NCBI GenBank assembly: GCA_022601635.1
Contig: JAJACG010000022.1
Location: forward strand, 5,790 to 69,789
Length of the DNA: 64,000 nt
From: Chlamydiales bacterium
GTDB lineage: Bacteria; Chlamydiota; Chlamydiia; Chlamydiales; JAAKFR01
Reading direction: 5' to 3'
Position 1 is the stretch's first letter. Each line of letters starts with the position of its first letter. Positions 29,643 through 39,181 of the stretch are shown here, one piece after another. A model generated the notes under the pieces. It saw only the letters and a program-made list of their open reading frames with translations. It did not search any database and was not told the origin of the DNA. The translations under genes were made by a program, and so were the position numbers.

Positions 29643-30512
29643 ATGATGCGCATTCGGCGCATTGAGGAATGCATTGCTGATCGCTATAGCGAGCAGAAGA
29701 TGCGCTGCCCTGTCCACCTAAGCATTGGCCAAGAGGCGATTGCTGTTGGTGTCTGCGAGCATCTAACAGATGATGACTTTGCAGTGAGTGGGCATAGAGC
29801 GCATGCTCACTACTTGGCCAAGGGTGGCTGCCTCAAACAGATGATAGCCGAAATCTATGGCAAGGTGGACGGCTGCTGTAAAGGCAGAGGTGGCTCAATG
29901 CATCTTGTTGACCTAGATTGCGGCTTCTTGGGCTCAACTCCTATTGTGGGTGGCAGTATTCCTGTTGGCGTGGGTGCTGCATTTGGATCTCAACTCAAAG
30001 GTGAGAAGCGCATCACAACCATTTTTCTTGGTGAGGGTTCAACTGAAGAGGGTGTCTTTGCAGAGTGCCTCAACTTTGCCATGCTAAAGAAGCTCCCCAT
30101 TCTCTTTGTCTGTGAAAACAACCTCTACTCTGTCTACTCTGGCTTGGAGGTGAGACAGCCAGCCTCCAGACATCGCCCCTCCTTGGCAAAAGCACACGGT
30201 ATGCTTGCTTTTGAGGGTGATGGCAATAATGTGAATGAGGTTTCCAAGTTGTCAGAAGAGGCAACGCACTACATCCGCGAGGGCAATGGCCCAGTCTTTC
30301 TGGAACTTTCGACCTACCGTTTCCGTGAGCATTGTGGTCCCAATCTCGATCCCTACCAGCCAAAAGAGGAATCCTCGCACTGGCTAGAGAAGGAGCCACT
30401 GCAAGGGATTGAGATGAGCGACGAATTTGAAAAAGAGATTGAGGAGGCATTTGCTTTTGCAGATAAAAGCCCCTTCCCTACCCCAGAGCAAGAGGAGCAG
30501 ATCTATGCGTGA
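29643..30512 (+). CDS. ThDP-dependent dehydrogenase E1 component, alpha subunit-like
   Basis: The ThDP-binding motif is FLGEGSTEEGVFAECLNFAMLKKLPILFVCENN (GxG...NN). IRRIEECIADRY is typical of E1 alpha N-termini. I re-called the start at ATG 29643. Confidence 0.8.
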   Translation: MMRIRRIEECIADRYSEQKMRCPVHLSIGQEAIAVGVCEHLTDDDFAVSGHRAHAHYLAKGGCLKQMIAEIYGKVDGCCKGRGGSMHLVDLDCGFLGSTPIVGGSIPVGVGAAFGSQLKGEKRITTIFLGEGSTEEGVFAECLNFAMLKKLPILFVCENNLYSVYSGLEVRQPASRHRPSLAKAHGMLAFEGDGNNVNEVSKLSEEATHYIREGNGPVFLELSTYRFREHCGPNLDPYQPKEESSHWLEKEPLQGIEMSDEFEKEIEEAFAFADKSPFPTPEQEEQIYA

Positions 30513-31566
30513 TATCACCTTTGCTCAAGCAATCTTAGAGGCTCAAGATCAACTGCTCGCTGCAGATGAATCGGTCTATCTGATGGGTCTTGGCGTGCCT
30601 GACCCAAAGGGCATCTTTGGTACAACTGTAGGGCTTGTCGAGAAATATGGGCCAGATCGCGTGCAAGATATGCCGATCTCAGAAAATGCGATCACAGGGA
30701 TTGGAGTGGGCTCAGCCATTGTGGGCATGCGTCCTGTAATGACTCATCAACGTGTCGATTTCTTTCTCCTTGCAATGGATCAGCTGATCAATAACGCCTC
30801 AAAATGGCACTATATGTTTGGCAACAAGATGCAGGTGCCGATTGTCTTCCGCCTTGTTATGGGTCGTGGTTGGGGCCAAGGCCCTCAACATTGCCAATCA
30901 CTCCATTCAATTTTTGCGCATATTCCAGGCCTCAAAGTTGTGATGCCCTCAACACCTTATGATGCGAAAGGCCTTCTTGTTTCCGCTGTTGAGGATAATG
31001 AGCCGGTCGTCTTCATGGAGCATCGCTGGCTGCACAATATTCATGGCGATGTCCCAGACAAAATGTACCGCGTGCCGATTGGCAAGGCGAAGGTAGTGCA
31101 AGAGGGAAGCGATCTCACCATTGTCGCATCCTCACACATGACGCTCGAGGCATTTCGCGCTCTTAAGATGATTGATGGCTCTGTAGAGTTAATTGATCTT
31201 CGCTCTGTCAAGCCGCTGGACAAAGAGACTATTTTGAATTCGGTTCGCAAGACTGGTAGACTGCTTGTTGCTGATCCTGATTGGAAGACATGCGGATTTG
31301 GGGCAGAAGTTATTGCTATGGTGACAGAAGAGGCATTTTCAAATTTGAAGATGGCACCTAGAAGAGTGGCCTATCCTGATAGACATAGTCCAACGAGTTG
31401 GGCGCTTTCTAACCATTACTACCCGACAGACAAAGATGTGGCGATTGCAGCGCTTGAGATGTTGGGCAAGCAGGCAGATTCAAAGCGGCTGCTTCAATCA
31501 CTACTTGAAACTAGAATGGGCACACCGATGGATGTGCCTGATCAATCATTTACAGGACCATTTTGA
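30505..31566 (+). CDS. ThDP-dependent dehydrogenase E1 component, beta subunit-like
   Basis: I re-called the start as MRDITFAQAILEA (ATG 30505), which overlaps the alpha stop by 8 nt. The transketolase-like pyrimidine-binding region is VQDMPISENAITGIGVGSA. The C-terminal domain contains LTIVASSHM...IDLRSVKPLD. Confidence 0.8.
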   Translation: MRDITFAQAILEAQDQLLAADESVYLMGLGVPDPKGIFGTTVGLVEKYGPDRVQDMPISENAITGIGVGSAIVGMRPVMTHQRVDFFLLAMDQLINNASKWHYMFGNKMQVPIVFRLVMGRGWGQGPQHCQSLHSIFAHIPGLKVVMPSTPYDAKGLLVSAVEDNEPVVFMEHRWLHNIHGDVPDKMYRVPIGKAKVVQEGSDLTIVASSHMTLEAFRALKMIDGSVELIDLRSVKPLDKETILNSVRKTGRLLVADPDWKTCGFGAEVIAMVTEEAFSNLKMAPRRVAYPDRHSPTSWALSNHYYPTDKDVAIAALEMLGKQADSKRLLQSLLETRMGTPMDVPDQSFTGPF

Positions 31567-32555
31567 TGAAAAAAGTACTCGTTATTGGTAGTAATTCCTT
31601 CTCTGGCAGCGACTTTGTCGATCTTCTTTTGGAAGAGGGTAAGTATGATGTTGTGGGTGTGAGTCGCTCTCCTGAGAAAGCGGGTCTCTTTTTGCCCTAC
31701 AAGAAGAGATTGCATGATAATTTCCGCTTTGTGCAGATCGATCTGAACCACGATATGGATAAGCTTGACAGCTTGATGGAGGAGTTTAGGCCTAACTATG
31801 TGGTCAACTTTGCGGCGCAAAGTGAGGTGGCTCCCTCTTGGCGCTACCCGCACCACTGGTTTGAGACAAATGCGGTTGGAATCACAAAGCTTGCCAACAT
31901 GCTCAAAGAGAAAAAGTTTTTGGAGCGCTATGTCCACATCTCCTCACCTGAGGTTTATGGCACTTGCGAGGGTTTTATCAAAGAGGAGACGCCTGTCAAC
32001 CCAACAACGCCTTATGCGGCATCAAAGGCGGCTGGAGATCTTTCGCTCTTTACCTTTGTGAAGAACTTTGACTTTCCGATGGTGATGATCCGTGCAACCA
32101 ATGTCTATGGGCCCTACCAGCAGCTATTCAAGATCATTCCGCGCTCTATTATCTACATGAAGCAGGGCAAGAGAATTCCTCTGCATGGTGGTGGTGTGGC
32201 AGTAAAGTCCTATATTCACATTCGCGATGTCTCTCGTGGAGAGTTGATGGCGATGGAGCGGGGTACAACTGGTGAGATCTACCACTTATCACCAACAGAG
32301 GGTGTTGCTGTTCGTACTGTTGTGGAGACGATTGCTAAGGAGCTGGGTCTCTCTTTTGATGAAGCAGTAGAAATTGCGGAAGAGAGATTGGGGCAGGATA
32401 AGGCGTATACGATTGACTCGACCAAGGCGCGCAAAGAGTTTGGTTGGGAGCCTCAGATCACACTTGATGAGGGAATTGCTCAGACGATTGACTGGATTAA
32501 CGAGCATTTTGAAACAATTACAGAGCAGCCACTTGAATATATACATAAGGAATAA
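31566..32555 (+). CDS. NDP-sugar 4,6-dehydratase-like extended SDR
   Basis: Supporting motifs are MKKVLVIGSNSFSGSDF, NFAAQSEVAPSW, SSPEVYG and YAASKAAGD (YxxxK). The start overlaps the E1 beta stop as TGATG. Confidence 0.65.
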   Translation: MKKVLVIGSNSFSGSDFVDLLLEEGKYDVVGVSRSPEKAGLFLPYKKRLHDNFRFVQIDLNHDMDKLDSLMEEFRPNYVVNFAAQSEVAPSWRYPHHWFETNAVGITKLANMLKEKKFLERYVHISSPEVYGTCEGFIKEETPVNPTTPYAASKAAGDLSLFTFVKNFDFPMVMIRATNVYGPYQQLFKIIPRSIIYMKQGKRIPLHGGGVAVKSYIHIRDVSRGELMAMERGTTGEIYHLSPTEGVAVRTVVETIAKELGLSFDEAVEIAEERLGQDKAYTIDSTKARKEFGWEPQITLDEGIAQTIDWINEHFETITEQPLEYIHKE

Positions 32556-33211
32556 TGATGGAAATTGACCTACTTGAGAACTATCCTAAAGCGAAGAGAA
32601 ATGTCAAAGAGCGTGGTGCGACAAAGACAGAAGAGGATCGTGCAATTGCGCGCCAGTTTGGTAAAGAGTTTTTCGATGGCGAGCGCAAGACGGGATATGG
32701 TGGCTTTTCTTATAACTCCCGCTTTTGGCAGCCAGTTGTACCTACATTTCAGAAGCATTACGGTTTGACTTCAGAGTCATCTATTTTGGATGTGGGCTGT
32801 GCGAAGGGCTTTATGCTGCATGACTTTTGCGAGAAGATCCCTGGAATCAAGGTGCGCGGTGTTGATGTATCCTCCTATGCGATTGAAAATGCGATGAACG
32901 AGGTTAAAAGTGATGTCTCTGTTGCCGATGCGCGTGAGCTTCCCTTTGAGGATAACTCCTTTGATGTGGTGATTTCGATCAATACGATCCATAACTTGGA
33001 GCAAGAAGATCTGATTCAAGCGCTGCGCGAGATTGAACGTATATCGAAGAAGGGCAGTTTTATTACTGTGGATGCCTATCGCAATGAGGACGAGAAAGAG
33101 CTTATGTACGCTTGGAACTTGACAGCGAAGACGATTTTGTCTGTAGTTGAATGGAAAGAGCTTTTTGCTAGAGCTGGTTACACGGGTGACTACTACTGGT
33201 TTATTCCTTAG
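32555..33211 (+). CDS. Class I SAM-dependent methyltransferase
   Basis: Motif I is ILDVGCAKGFML, with FDVVISINTIHNL downstream. The start overlaps the upstream stop by 1 nt (TAATG). Confidence 0.75.
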   Translation: MMEIDLLENYPKAKRNVKERGATKTEEDRAIARQFGKEFFDGERKTGYGGFSYNSRFWQPVVPTFQKHYGLTSESSILDVGCAKGFMLHDFCEKIPGIKVRGVDVSSYAIENAMNEVKSDVSVADARELPFEDNSFDVVISINTIHNLEQEDLIQALREIERISKKGSFITVDAYRNEDEKELMYAWNLTAKTILSVVEWKELFARAGYTGDYYWFIP

Positions 33212-33220
33212 GAGTTCTTA

Positions 33221-34594
33221 TTGTTTAAGTTGATTAAATGCTTCATAAAGCGATTTCAATGCCCCTGTTTTCGTTTATTTAATCTCTTTTATGAGCCCTA
33301 TCTATTCCGAAAACTAACAAAGCAGATAGATGAACTTCCTGAAGGTACACAGCTCTTTTTCATGGCACGCTCCGATCGCGGGACTATGCTGACTCTGCTC
33401 AACTATGTTCAGAAGTGGGAAGAAAATCGTGGTCCGACTGCTTTGGTTGTCTTATCCAGCCTATCCGATTTTCTCAATGGCTTGGTGGACTATATCATTC
33501 CAAACACAGTTGTGATGGTACCCTCAAGAAAGTTACTAAGGATCTTTGGAAATCGGAATGTGCACTTTCTTTGCTATGCAAATGTCTATGCAAAACTGCT
33601 CTTTGAATTCCCAAATGCAAAATACCTCTTCCATCTCCGAAGAAAAAACTATCCATCTTTCCCCCCAAGCAACTATTCTAAGTACTCAGATCCAAACATG
33701 GGTATAACTAGCTTGCCCCATCAGTTTAGAAATAAATATATATCCTATAGTCAGTTCACTGACTGTCACCTAGAAAGCAATAAAGACTATGCAACCGTCT
33801 GGTTTCAAGGAGATTGGAGAAAGTCCTGCCCCATTGCACCAAAACAGACAGATGACCTTTGCAAAGCTCTAGGGATTAAGAAACCATATGTAGTGATTAA
33901 TCTCCCCTATGCTGGAAATTACCCCTATCCAACATTAAGGCGCATTTCACAGCCAAAACGATACGATCCTGTTATTGATCATTTAATCCGCCAAGGTTTC
34001 ACAATTGTCCAGCATGGGAGAAGAGAACAGGCAAAGTTTGCTTCAAGACCTGGACTTATTGACTACTATGAGTCTGATTTGGCCTCTCCTAAAAATGATC
34101 TACTCCTATTTTCATCCTCCACTTTTGCTATTATGACTAGCTCCGGGCCTGAATATTTTGCTCTGTTTGCCAATCGTCCAGTATTAACTCTGAACAAGCT
34201 TGAAGGAATAACAAATCTGCCAAGTCACAAATCACGTTTTTTTCCTAAAGCTGTTTTTGATCGACAAAAAGAAGCATTCTTGTCATGGGAAGAATTTCTG
34301 GTATCGCCTGCATATTTCGACCTGGATCAGTGGAATAACCAGGAAAGATTTGAGCATCATGAACTTAGCTCCGAACAACTATTGGAAGCAACCAAAGAAT
34401 TTCTTACTCTTATCAAAGAAGATGAGTGGGAGTGTCTAACTTCCAGGCAAAGGAGCTTCCGAGAAAAGCTAAATCCATGTAATCTCGAGATCAATTTCTC
34501 AAGAGCACAACCTTGTGATACCTACCTTAAGTATTTTTCTTCAAAAACAATGAAACTTACTGATCAGCCTCGATATGTGGGTCACTCGCAGTAA
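33221..34594 (+). CDS. Hypothetical protein; a distant member of the putative glycosyltransferase paralog family
   Basis: 457 aa with a TTG start. Its architecture matches copies A, B and C: KPYVVINLPYAG...RYDPVIDHLIRQGFTIVQHGRRE...LIDYYESDLASPKNDLLLFSSSTFAIMTSSGPEYFALFANRPVLTLN. Sequence identity is low, so the assignment is tentative. Confidence 0.4.
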   Translation: MFKLIKCFIKRFQCPCFRLFNLFYEPYLFRKLTKQIDELPEGTQLFFMARSDRGTMLTLLNYVQKWEENRGPTALVVLSSLSDFLNGLVDYIIPNTVVMVPSRKLLRIFGNRNVHFLCYANVYAKLLFEFPNAKYLFHLRRKNYPSFPPSNYSKYSDPNMGITSLPHQFRNKYISYSQFTDCHLESNKDYATVWFQGDWRKSCPIAPKQTDDLCKALGIKKPYVVINLPYAGNYPYPTLRRISQPKRYDPVIDHLIRQGFTIVQHGRREQAKFASRPGLIDYYESDLASPKNDLLLFSSSTFAIMTSSGPEYFALFANRPVLTLNKLEGITNLPSHKSRFFPKAVFDRQKEAFLSWEEFLVSPAYFDLDQWNNQERFEHHELSSEQLLEATKEFLTLIKEDEWECLTSRQRSFREKLNPCNLEINFSRAQPCDTYLKYFSSKTMKLTDQPRYVGHSQ

Positions 34595-34622
34595 ATCAGC
34601 CAGCCTTATTCAACAACGCCCT
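34593..34622. repeat. Short relic motif shared with 5916..5962
   Basis: AAATCAGCCAGCCTTATTCAACAACGCCCT begins inside the stop codon of ORF 33221..34594. It matches the ABC-pseudogene segment upstream of paralog A, apart from a 17-nt indel. Confidence 0.7.
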
Positions 34623-34677
34623 CCAAACACAGTAATTGACTAAAAAGTGCACGAAATAATATGTGTTGAACGCATCA

Positions 34678-35874
34678 ATGAAAGGTAAGCTACTCTCTCT
34701 ATTTTACTGGGCAACTGCCCCAATTGCGCTTATACTCTATCTTCTTAGAATACGAGTATTACATACTAATTACTTTGCGATTGGCCATCTTGCCATCGAT
34801 CCATATACTATCGCTTTACAAATGCAGCAACAAGGCAAGAACTGGAAGGTCATTCTTGTACCTTTTGTTACATTCTTTTCTAAAAAAAGAAACTCTAATT
34901 CAGTTGGGATTGCGAACCTCTACCTAGCTAAACTATGGCGTCAACAATTTACTGTTATCGATTCTTATTGGCTAGCCTGTCTTTGTTCACCAATACTTTA
35001 TCACCCAATCCTTCAAATCAACACGCACAAATTTTTTCGTCCCAAAATGTCCGCACTGTATCAAGAACACGCCTCTTTAGCTCAGTTGTACAAGGAAAAC
35101 AAATCGGCTATTGACCCTATTCTTAAAATCCCTCCAAAAGACTTGAATCTTGGTTGGAAAATATTAAGAAGTATGGGATTGACCACAAGTGATAAATTTC
35201 TCTGTTTCTTCCAAAGAGATAATCTTTACTACCCCGAAGCGCTCGATACTCTGCGTGATAGTAATATCGAATCACTGACTCTTGCTCTCGAAGAAGCTAT
35301 TTCTCAAGGGTATTGGTGTATTCGTATCGGAAAGAAGTGTCTCCCTCTTCCAAAGAGCCTACAGGAGAAACAATACATTATCGACTACCCTCATACAGAA
35401 TTTACTTCAGATTTTATGGATATTTTTCTTCTTGCTAACTGCTCGTTTTTCTTAGGTAGTAATAGTGGGATTAACCACGTACCATTTCTCTTTCAAAAAC
35501 CAAGTGTATTAGTCAATGTTGTCCCATTTGGTTTGAAAACTTTGGATTCAAGAGACCGAGTTATCTACAAACTTCAACGTGATCGTAGAAATCAAAAACT
35601 TCTATCCTTTCATCAATCTATTTCTAGCCTCTTATCAAATTCTCAGAACAATCGCGAATATGAAATGTTCAATATAGAGCTACAGGACAATTCACAAGAT
35701 GAGATTCGTGATGCCATGATAGAACTCTTGAATGAAATTGAATGTAGGCCTCAGACCCTAAATAAGCAACTCCAATTGCAGTTTGAAAAGCTCGATCACT
35801 GTATGCTCTTTTCGTATGAAAAAGCCTCCCGAATCGGGAATGCATTCTTAGAAAAATATGAAGCTCTTTTATAG
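34678..35874 (+). CDS. Putative glycosyltransferase, paralog family copy B
   Basis: By eye it is about 60 percent identical to copy A across the blocks compared (for example LCFFQRDNLYY, GYWCIRIG, IIDYPHTEFTSDFMDIFLLANCSFFLGSNSGINHVPFLFQKPSVLVNVVPFG). I prefer ATG 34678 over the track's GTG 34663, because it gives the same N-terminal length as copy A. Confidence 0.55.
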   Translation: MKGKLLSLFYWATAPIALILYLLRIRVLHTNYFAIGHLAIDPYTIALQMQQQGKNWKVILVPFVTFFSKKRNSNSVGIANLYLAKLWRQQFTVIDSYWLACLCSPILYHPILQINTHKFFRPKMSALYQEHASLAQLYKENKSAIDPILKIPPKDLNLGWKILRSMGLTTSDKFLCFFQRDNLYYPEALDTLRDSNIESLTLALEEAISQGYWCIRIGKKCLPLPKSLQEKQYIIDYPHTEFTSDFMDIFLLANCSFFLGSNSGINHVPFLFQKPSVLVNVVPFGLKTLDSRDRVIYKLQRDRRNQKLLSFHQSISSLLSNSQNNREYEMFNIELQDNSQDEIRDAMIELLNEIECRPQTLNKQLQLQFEKLDHCMLFSYEKASRIGNAFLEKYEALL

Positions 35875-36810
35875 TTTCTGACACACAGAGTGTGCTTCCT
35901 CCTCCGTGATTGTATCATGAACAATCTTACGCTTTTGGAGTCGCAATAAAATCATTCTAAGTCCTATCCAAGATAGCTCATGAACGCGAATCAATATACT
36001 ATTTAATATCTTCCTATTACGAGGAAAGATCACATTTAACATACCCGATATAACCCACCTAGAATAAACTACTACTCCTAAACTATTAAGCTCATGGCGA
36101 AACTGTTTTCCAAGATCTGGACACCCTCGTGTTTGATTTAAAAGAGAGAAAGAGTGTGGGTTGTCTCGCGCAATAGCAAGATGCATATTTGGAAGATAGT
36201 ATACACCGTGCATCAAGGCTACGGATATATTTAGAAAGTAGTCACTGTATATTCCGAGCTTCTCAATATAGCCTCCGCAATCAAAAACTGCTCTTTTCTG
36301 TAAAAAAGAACCGTAGCTTGGGACATAAAAAAAACATCTTTGAAAGAGGGTGGCTACCTGATTACTGGTGAAAGCTATCGGTTCTTGGCATGGAAGACCT
36401 TTGAAAATACGGATTGCTAAAGGCTCCTCCTGACCATCATCAAAGTGCGCCATATCTGTTACCAGCAGAACAGGCCTCTCTTTTTCTAAGATCTCAATTG
36501 CCCGAAAAAAATGCTTGAAAATCAAGAGATCATCCGCAGAAAAGAAATAGAGATACTCCCCTTTTGACTCTTCTATCATCTTCTGATTGTTGCGAATCAC
36601 TCCAACATTTGCATCATTTTTGATAAGACGAAAGTTGGGATAAGACTCAAACTTCTCCAGCTCCTCTATAGAGTTATCTGTAGAGCAATCATCAACTACG
36701 ATGTATTCGATATTATCTGGAAGAATAGGCAGCAGTTTCTCAAGCCTTGGCTTGAGGAAGCGAATATGGTTATAGTTTGATGTACAAAATGTCAGTAACG
36801 TGTCAGACAT
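35869..36810 (-). CDS. Glycosyltransferase family 2
   Basis: I re-called the start as MSDTLLTFCTSNYNHIRFLKPRLEKLL...VVDDCSTDNS, which is a GT2 head. ATG 36810 overlaps the upstream SDR stop by 8 nt. Confidence 0.8.
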   Translation of the reverse strand: MSDTLLTFCTSNYNHIRFLKPRLEKLLPILPDNIEYIVVDDCSTDNSIEELEKFESYPNFRLIKNDANVGVIRNNQKMIEESKGEYLYFFSADDLLIFKHFFRAIEILEKERPVLLVTDMAHFDDGQEEPLAIRIFKGLPCQEPIAFTSNQVATLFQRCFFYVPSYGSFLQKRAVFDCGGYIEKLGIYSDYFLNISVALMHGVYYLPNMHLAIARDNPHSFSLLNQTRGCPDLGKQFRHELNSLGVVVYSRWVISGMLNVIFPRNRKILNSILIRVHELSWIGLRMILLRLQKRKIVHDTITEEEAHSVCQKL

Positions 36811-37738
36811 TCGCAAACTGGTTATTTTTGATGATTGAAAATGCATCAATCAACTCTTGTATTCCACTTTCAAGACTTTTGGTCGGCATCCAACCAAGGC
36901 CTTCTAACTTCTCATTGCTTACAATGTAGTCTCTTTGATCTGGATCCTTGCCTATCGGCGCTGCATGATAGTAGAGATTGGGGATATATTTGCGAATCGT
37001 ATCACAAAGCTCCTTCTTAGAAAGATTTGCCTCAGACAACCCAACATTAAAGGCCTCTCCCTTCATCTGCTCAAAATGCTCCAGAGCAAAAATAAAAGCA
37101 TTGGCTACATCTCTCACATGGATGTAGTTACGCTTGAAATTTTCCTCAAAAACCACAATTGTACGATCATGACAAGCTCGATAGGTAAAGTCATTAACTA
37201 AAAGATCTGTGCGCATTCTTGGTGATACACCGAAAACCGTAGCCAAGCGCAAAGAGACTGCTTGCTTGGTTTGCAATAGCTCCTCTTCAATCTGTACCTT
37301 CCACTTCCCATAGTCAGATACAGGGCGAAGAGGTGTCTTCTCATCGCAAAAAATGCCCTCTTGACCAATACCATATCCACTATTTGTATTGGGGAATACG
37401 ATCTGTTGTTCAGGTTTTATATACCTCAAAATAAGACGAATAGCTTCAACGTTGACCATGTGAGCATATTTGGGATTCTGCTTGCATGCTGGAGCTCCCA
37501 CAACAGCTGCTAAGGGCAATATAGCATCCACCTCACCTAATAACTCTTGCATCAATGCTTCATTGAAACAGTCTCCTTTGACAAAACGAAAGCCCTCTTT
37601 TCCAAAACAATCGATAAGAGAGATCTGCCTGTACATCAAATTGTCTAGTGCAACTACCTGGTATTCTCTATCCAGCAACATCGGTGTTAGTACAGAGCCG
37701 ATGTAACCTGCAGCTCCGGTTACTAAAATCTTCTTCAC
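36803..37738 (-). CDS. NAD-dependent NDP-sugar epimerase/dehydratase (extended SDR)
   Basis: 311 aa starting MKKILVTGAAGYIGSVL, with a later YGKWK (YxxxK). Confidence 0.75.
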   Translation of the reverse strand: MKKILVTGAAGYIGSVLTPMLLDREYQVVALDNLMYRQISLIDCFGKEGFRFVKGDCFNEALMQELLGEVDAILPLAAVVGAPACKQNPKYAHMVNVEAIRLILRYIKPEQQIVFPNTNSGYGIGQEGIFCDEKTPLRPVSDYGKWKVQIEEELLQTKQAVSLRLATVFGVSPRMRTDLLVNDFTYRACHDRTIVVFEENFKRNYIHVRDVANAFIFALEHFEQMKGEAFNVGLSEANLSKKELCDTIRKYIPNLYYHAAPIGKDPDQRDYIVSNEKLEGLGWMPTKSLESGIQELIDAFSIIKNNQFANV

Positions 37739-37749
37739 TATTTCTCTCC

Positions 37750-38520
37750 TTACTTGACTAGCAATATAGTTATTTCTGCAGATATCCGAAGCTCATCTGA
37801 TTCATTTGGAGGACCTTGATGAACTGTCAAATCGTCAAAAAGCAATGCCTGAGAATCAAAACATTCGATTGGACAAATGAAGTCTTTTTCATGTTCTTTA
37901 AGCCAACTCTGTTCAATATCAGGCTTTAAGACCCCTTCTTTAGAGCGCTTCGTTAAAAAGGGAACAGATTTCTTGTGACTACTAGGAACTATTTGTAAGC
38001 CATTGCTTTTGTTACAACCATATAGCGGAATCCATAATTTCCATCTCTCATCATACTCAACATCAACAACATTATCGCCTAACTCCCTATGTGCAATGTC
38101 CCAAAATTGCCAATCTGCATGAGCAGCTCCAACATCTGGCTTGTTTGGTCTTACGCAGCGCCAGCAAACATCAAACTCTGAATATAAATCTTTATAATCC
38201 TCACCATTATATTTGTGATTCCAAGGCTTATGAGCAAAAGCTTTTTTCCCTCCTAACCTGGAAACTAAGTCTTTGTTTACCCACTCAACTATGATCTGAC
38301 AAATATCATTGGGGAAAAAGCGTTGTGACTTGTCAAAGATTTCGACAAATTCATCATCACTGAATCTGTTCACACACTCTGTTAAACTTAGCTGAGAATC
38401 TGCTGCTCTTTTGTGAATCTCTTTCTCAATATAGCTATAACACAGTTCACGGATGTTTTGTGGTACTTCTACTACTCCATACCCCTTTTCTAATAAACCT
38501 GGAATCTTACAAGTCAGCAT
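37750..38520 (-). CDS. PhyH-like Fe(II)/2-oxoglutarate dioxygenase (putative)
   Basis: An H-x-D motif in GAAHADWQFW, followed by WKLWIPLYGCNKSNGLQIVPSSHKK, resembles the PhyH pattern (W.pL.d....nG.L.v.PgSH). Confidence 0.5.
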   Translation of the reverse strand: MLTCKIPGLLEKGYGVVEVPQNIRELCYSYIEKEIHKRAADSQLSLTECVNRFSDDEFVEIFDKSQRFFPNDICQIIVEWVNKDLVSRLGGKKAFAHKPWNHKYNGEDYKDLYSEFDVCWRCVRPNKPDVGAAHADWQFWDIAHRELGDNVVDVEYDERWKLWIPLYGCNKSNGLQIVPSSHKKSVPFLTKRSKEGVLKPDIEQSWLKEHEKDFICPIECFDSQALLFDDLTVHQGPPNESDELRISAEITILLVK

Positions 38521-39179
38521 ATTTCCCTCTCAAACATTGTGCCAGCTTTCTTGAATGAAGCTGGAGTCCCTATATCTATAAATTTCCCATTCGATTTATA
38601 TAATACACCCCTTTTACCACAGGCAAGTACTTTTGGGAAGAATTCAGTTTCTAAAGAAAAGGCACCCTGAATACCTTCAAATAGTGATTTTCTCATCTTG
38701 TAAATCCCACCATTGATCCATCCTGATCCCTTAGAAGCGCTCTTCTCCTCAAACGCTGTAATTCTATCTCCATCCATCTTGATCGACCCATAACGCGAAG
38801 TATTCTCTACAAAACGAGTGGCCATCACTAAATCGGCATCTACTTCCAAAAACTGATGCAGTGAGATCTCAAAGTAGGAGTCACCATTTAAAACCAAAAA
38901 CTCCTTCCCTTGAATGAGTGGCAGGGCATTTAATACAGCACCACCTGTTCCTAGTGGCTTAGATTCCGATGAAATTAAGCAGCGATCCTGATAATGCTCA
39001 ACTATCTGCTCTCCCATATAGCCAACTGCTAGTACTACAGAAGAGGCAACACCTTTAAGCTGCTCCAAAATAATATCTAAAAATGGTGAACCCGCAATCT
39101 CAGCCATCGGTTTAGGGCGATCTGAAACAACCTCCCTTAACCTTGTGCCCTTACCACCAGCTAAAATGATTGCTTCCAC
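38514..39179 (-). CDS. Sugar-phosphate nucleotidyltransferase (HddC-like; D-glycero-D-manno-heptose 1-phosphate guanylyltransferase candidate)
   Basis: 221 aa. The start MEAIILAGGKGTRLREVVSDRPKPMAEIAGSPFLD carries the G-x-G-T-R-L nucleotidyltransferase signature. Its small size and its position next to the GHMP kinase fit HddC. Confidence 0.65.
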   Translation of the reverse strand: MEAIILAGGKGTRLREVVSDRPKPMAEIAGSPFLDIILEQLKGVASSVVLAVGYMGEQIVEHYQDRCLISSESKPLGTGGAVLNALPLIQGKEFLVLNGDSYFEISLHQFLEVDADLVMATRFVENTSRYGSIKMDGDRITAFEEKSASKGSGWINGGIYKMRKSLFEGIQGAFSLETEFFPKVLACGKRGVLYKSNGKFIDIGTPASFKKAGTMFEREIC

Positions 39180-39181
39180 TG

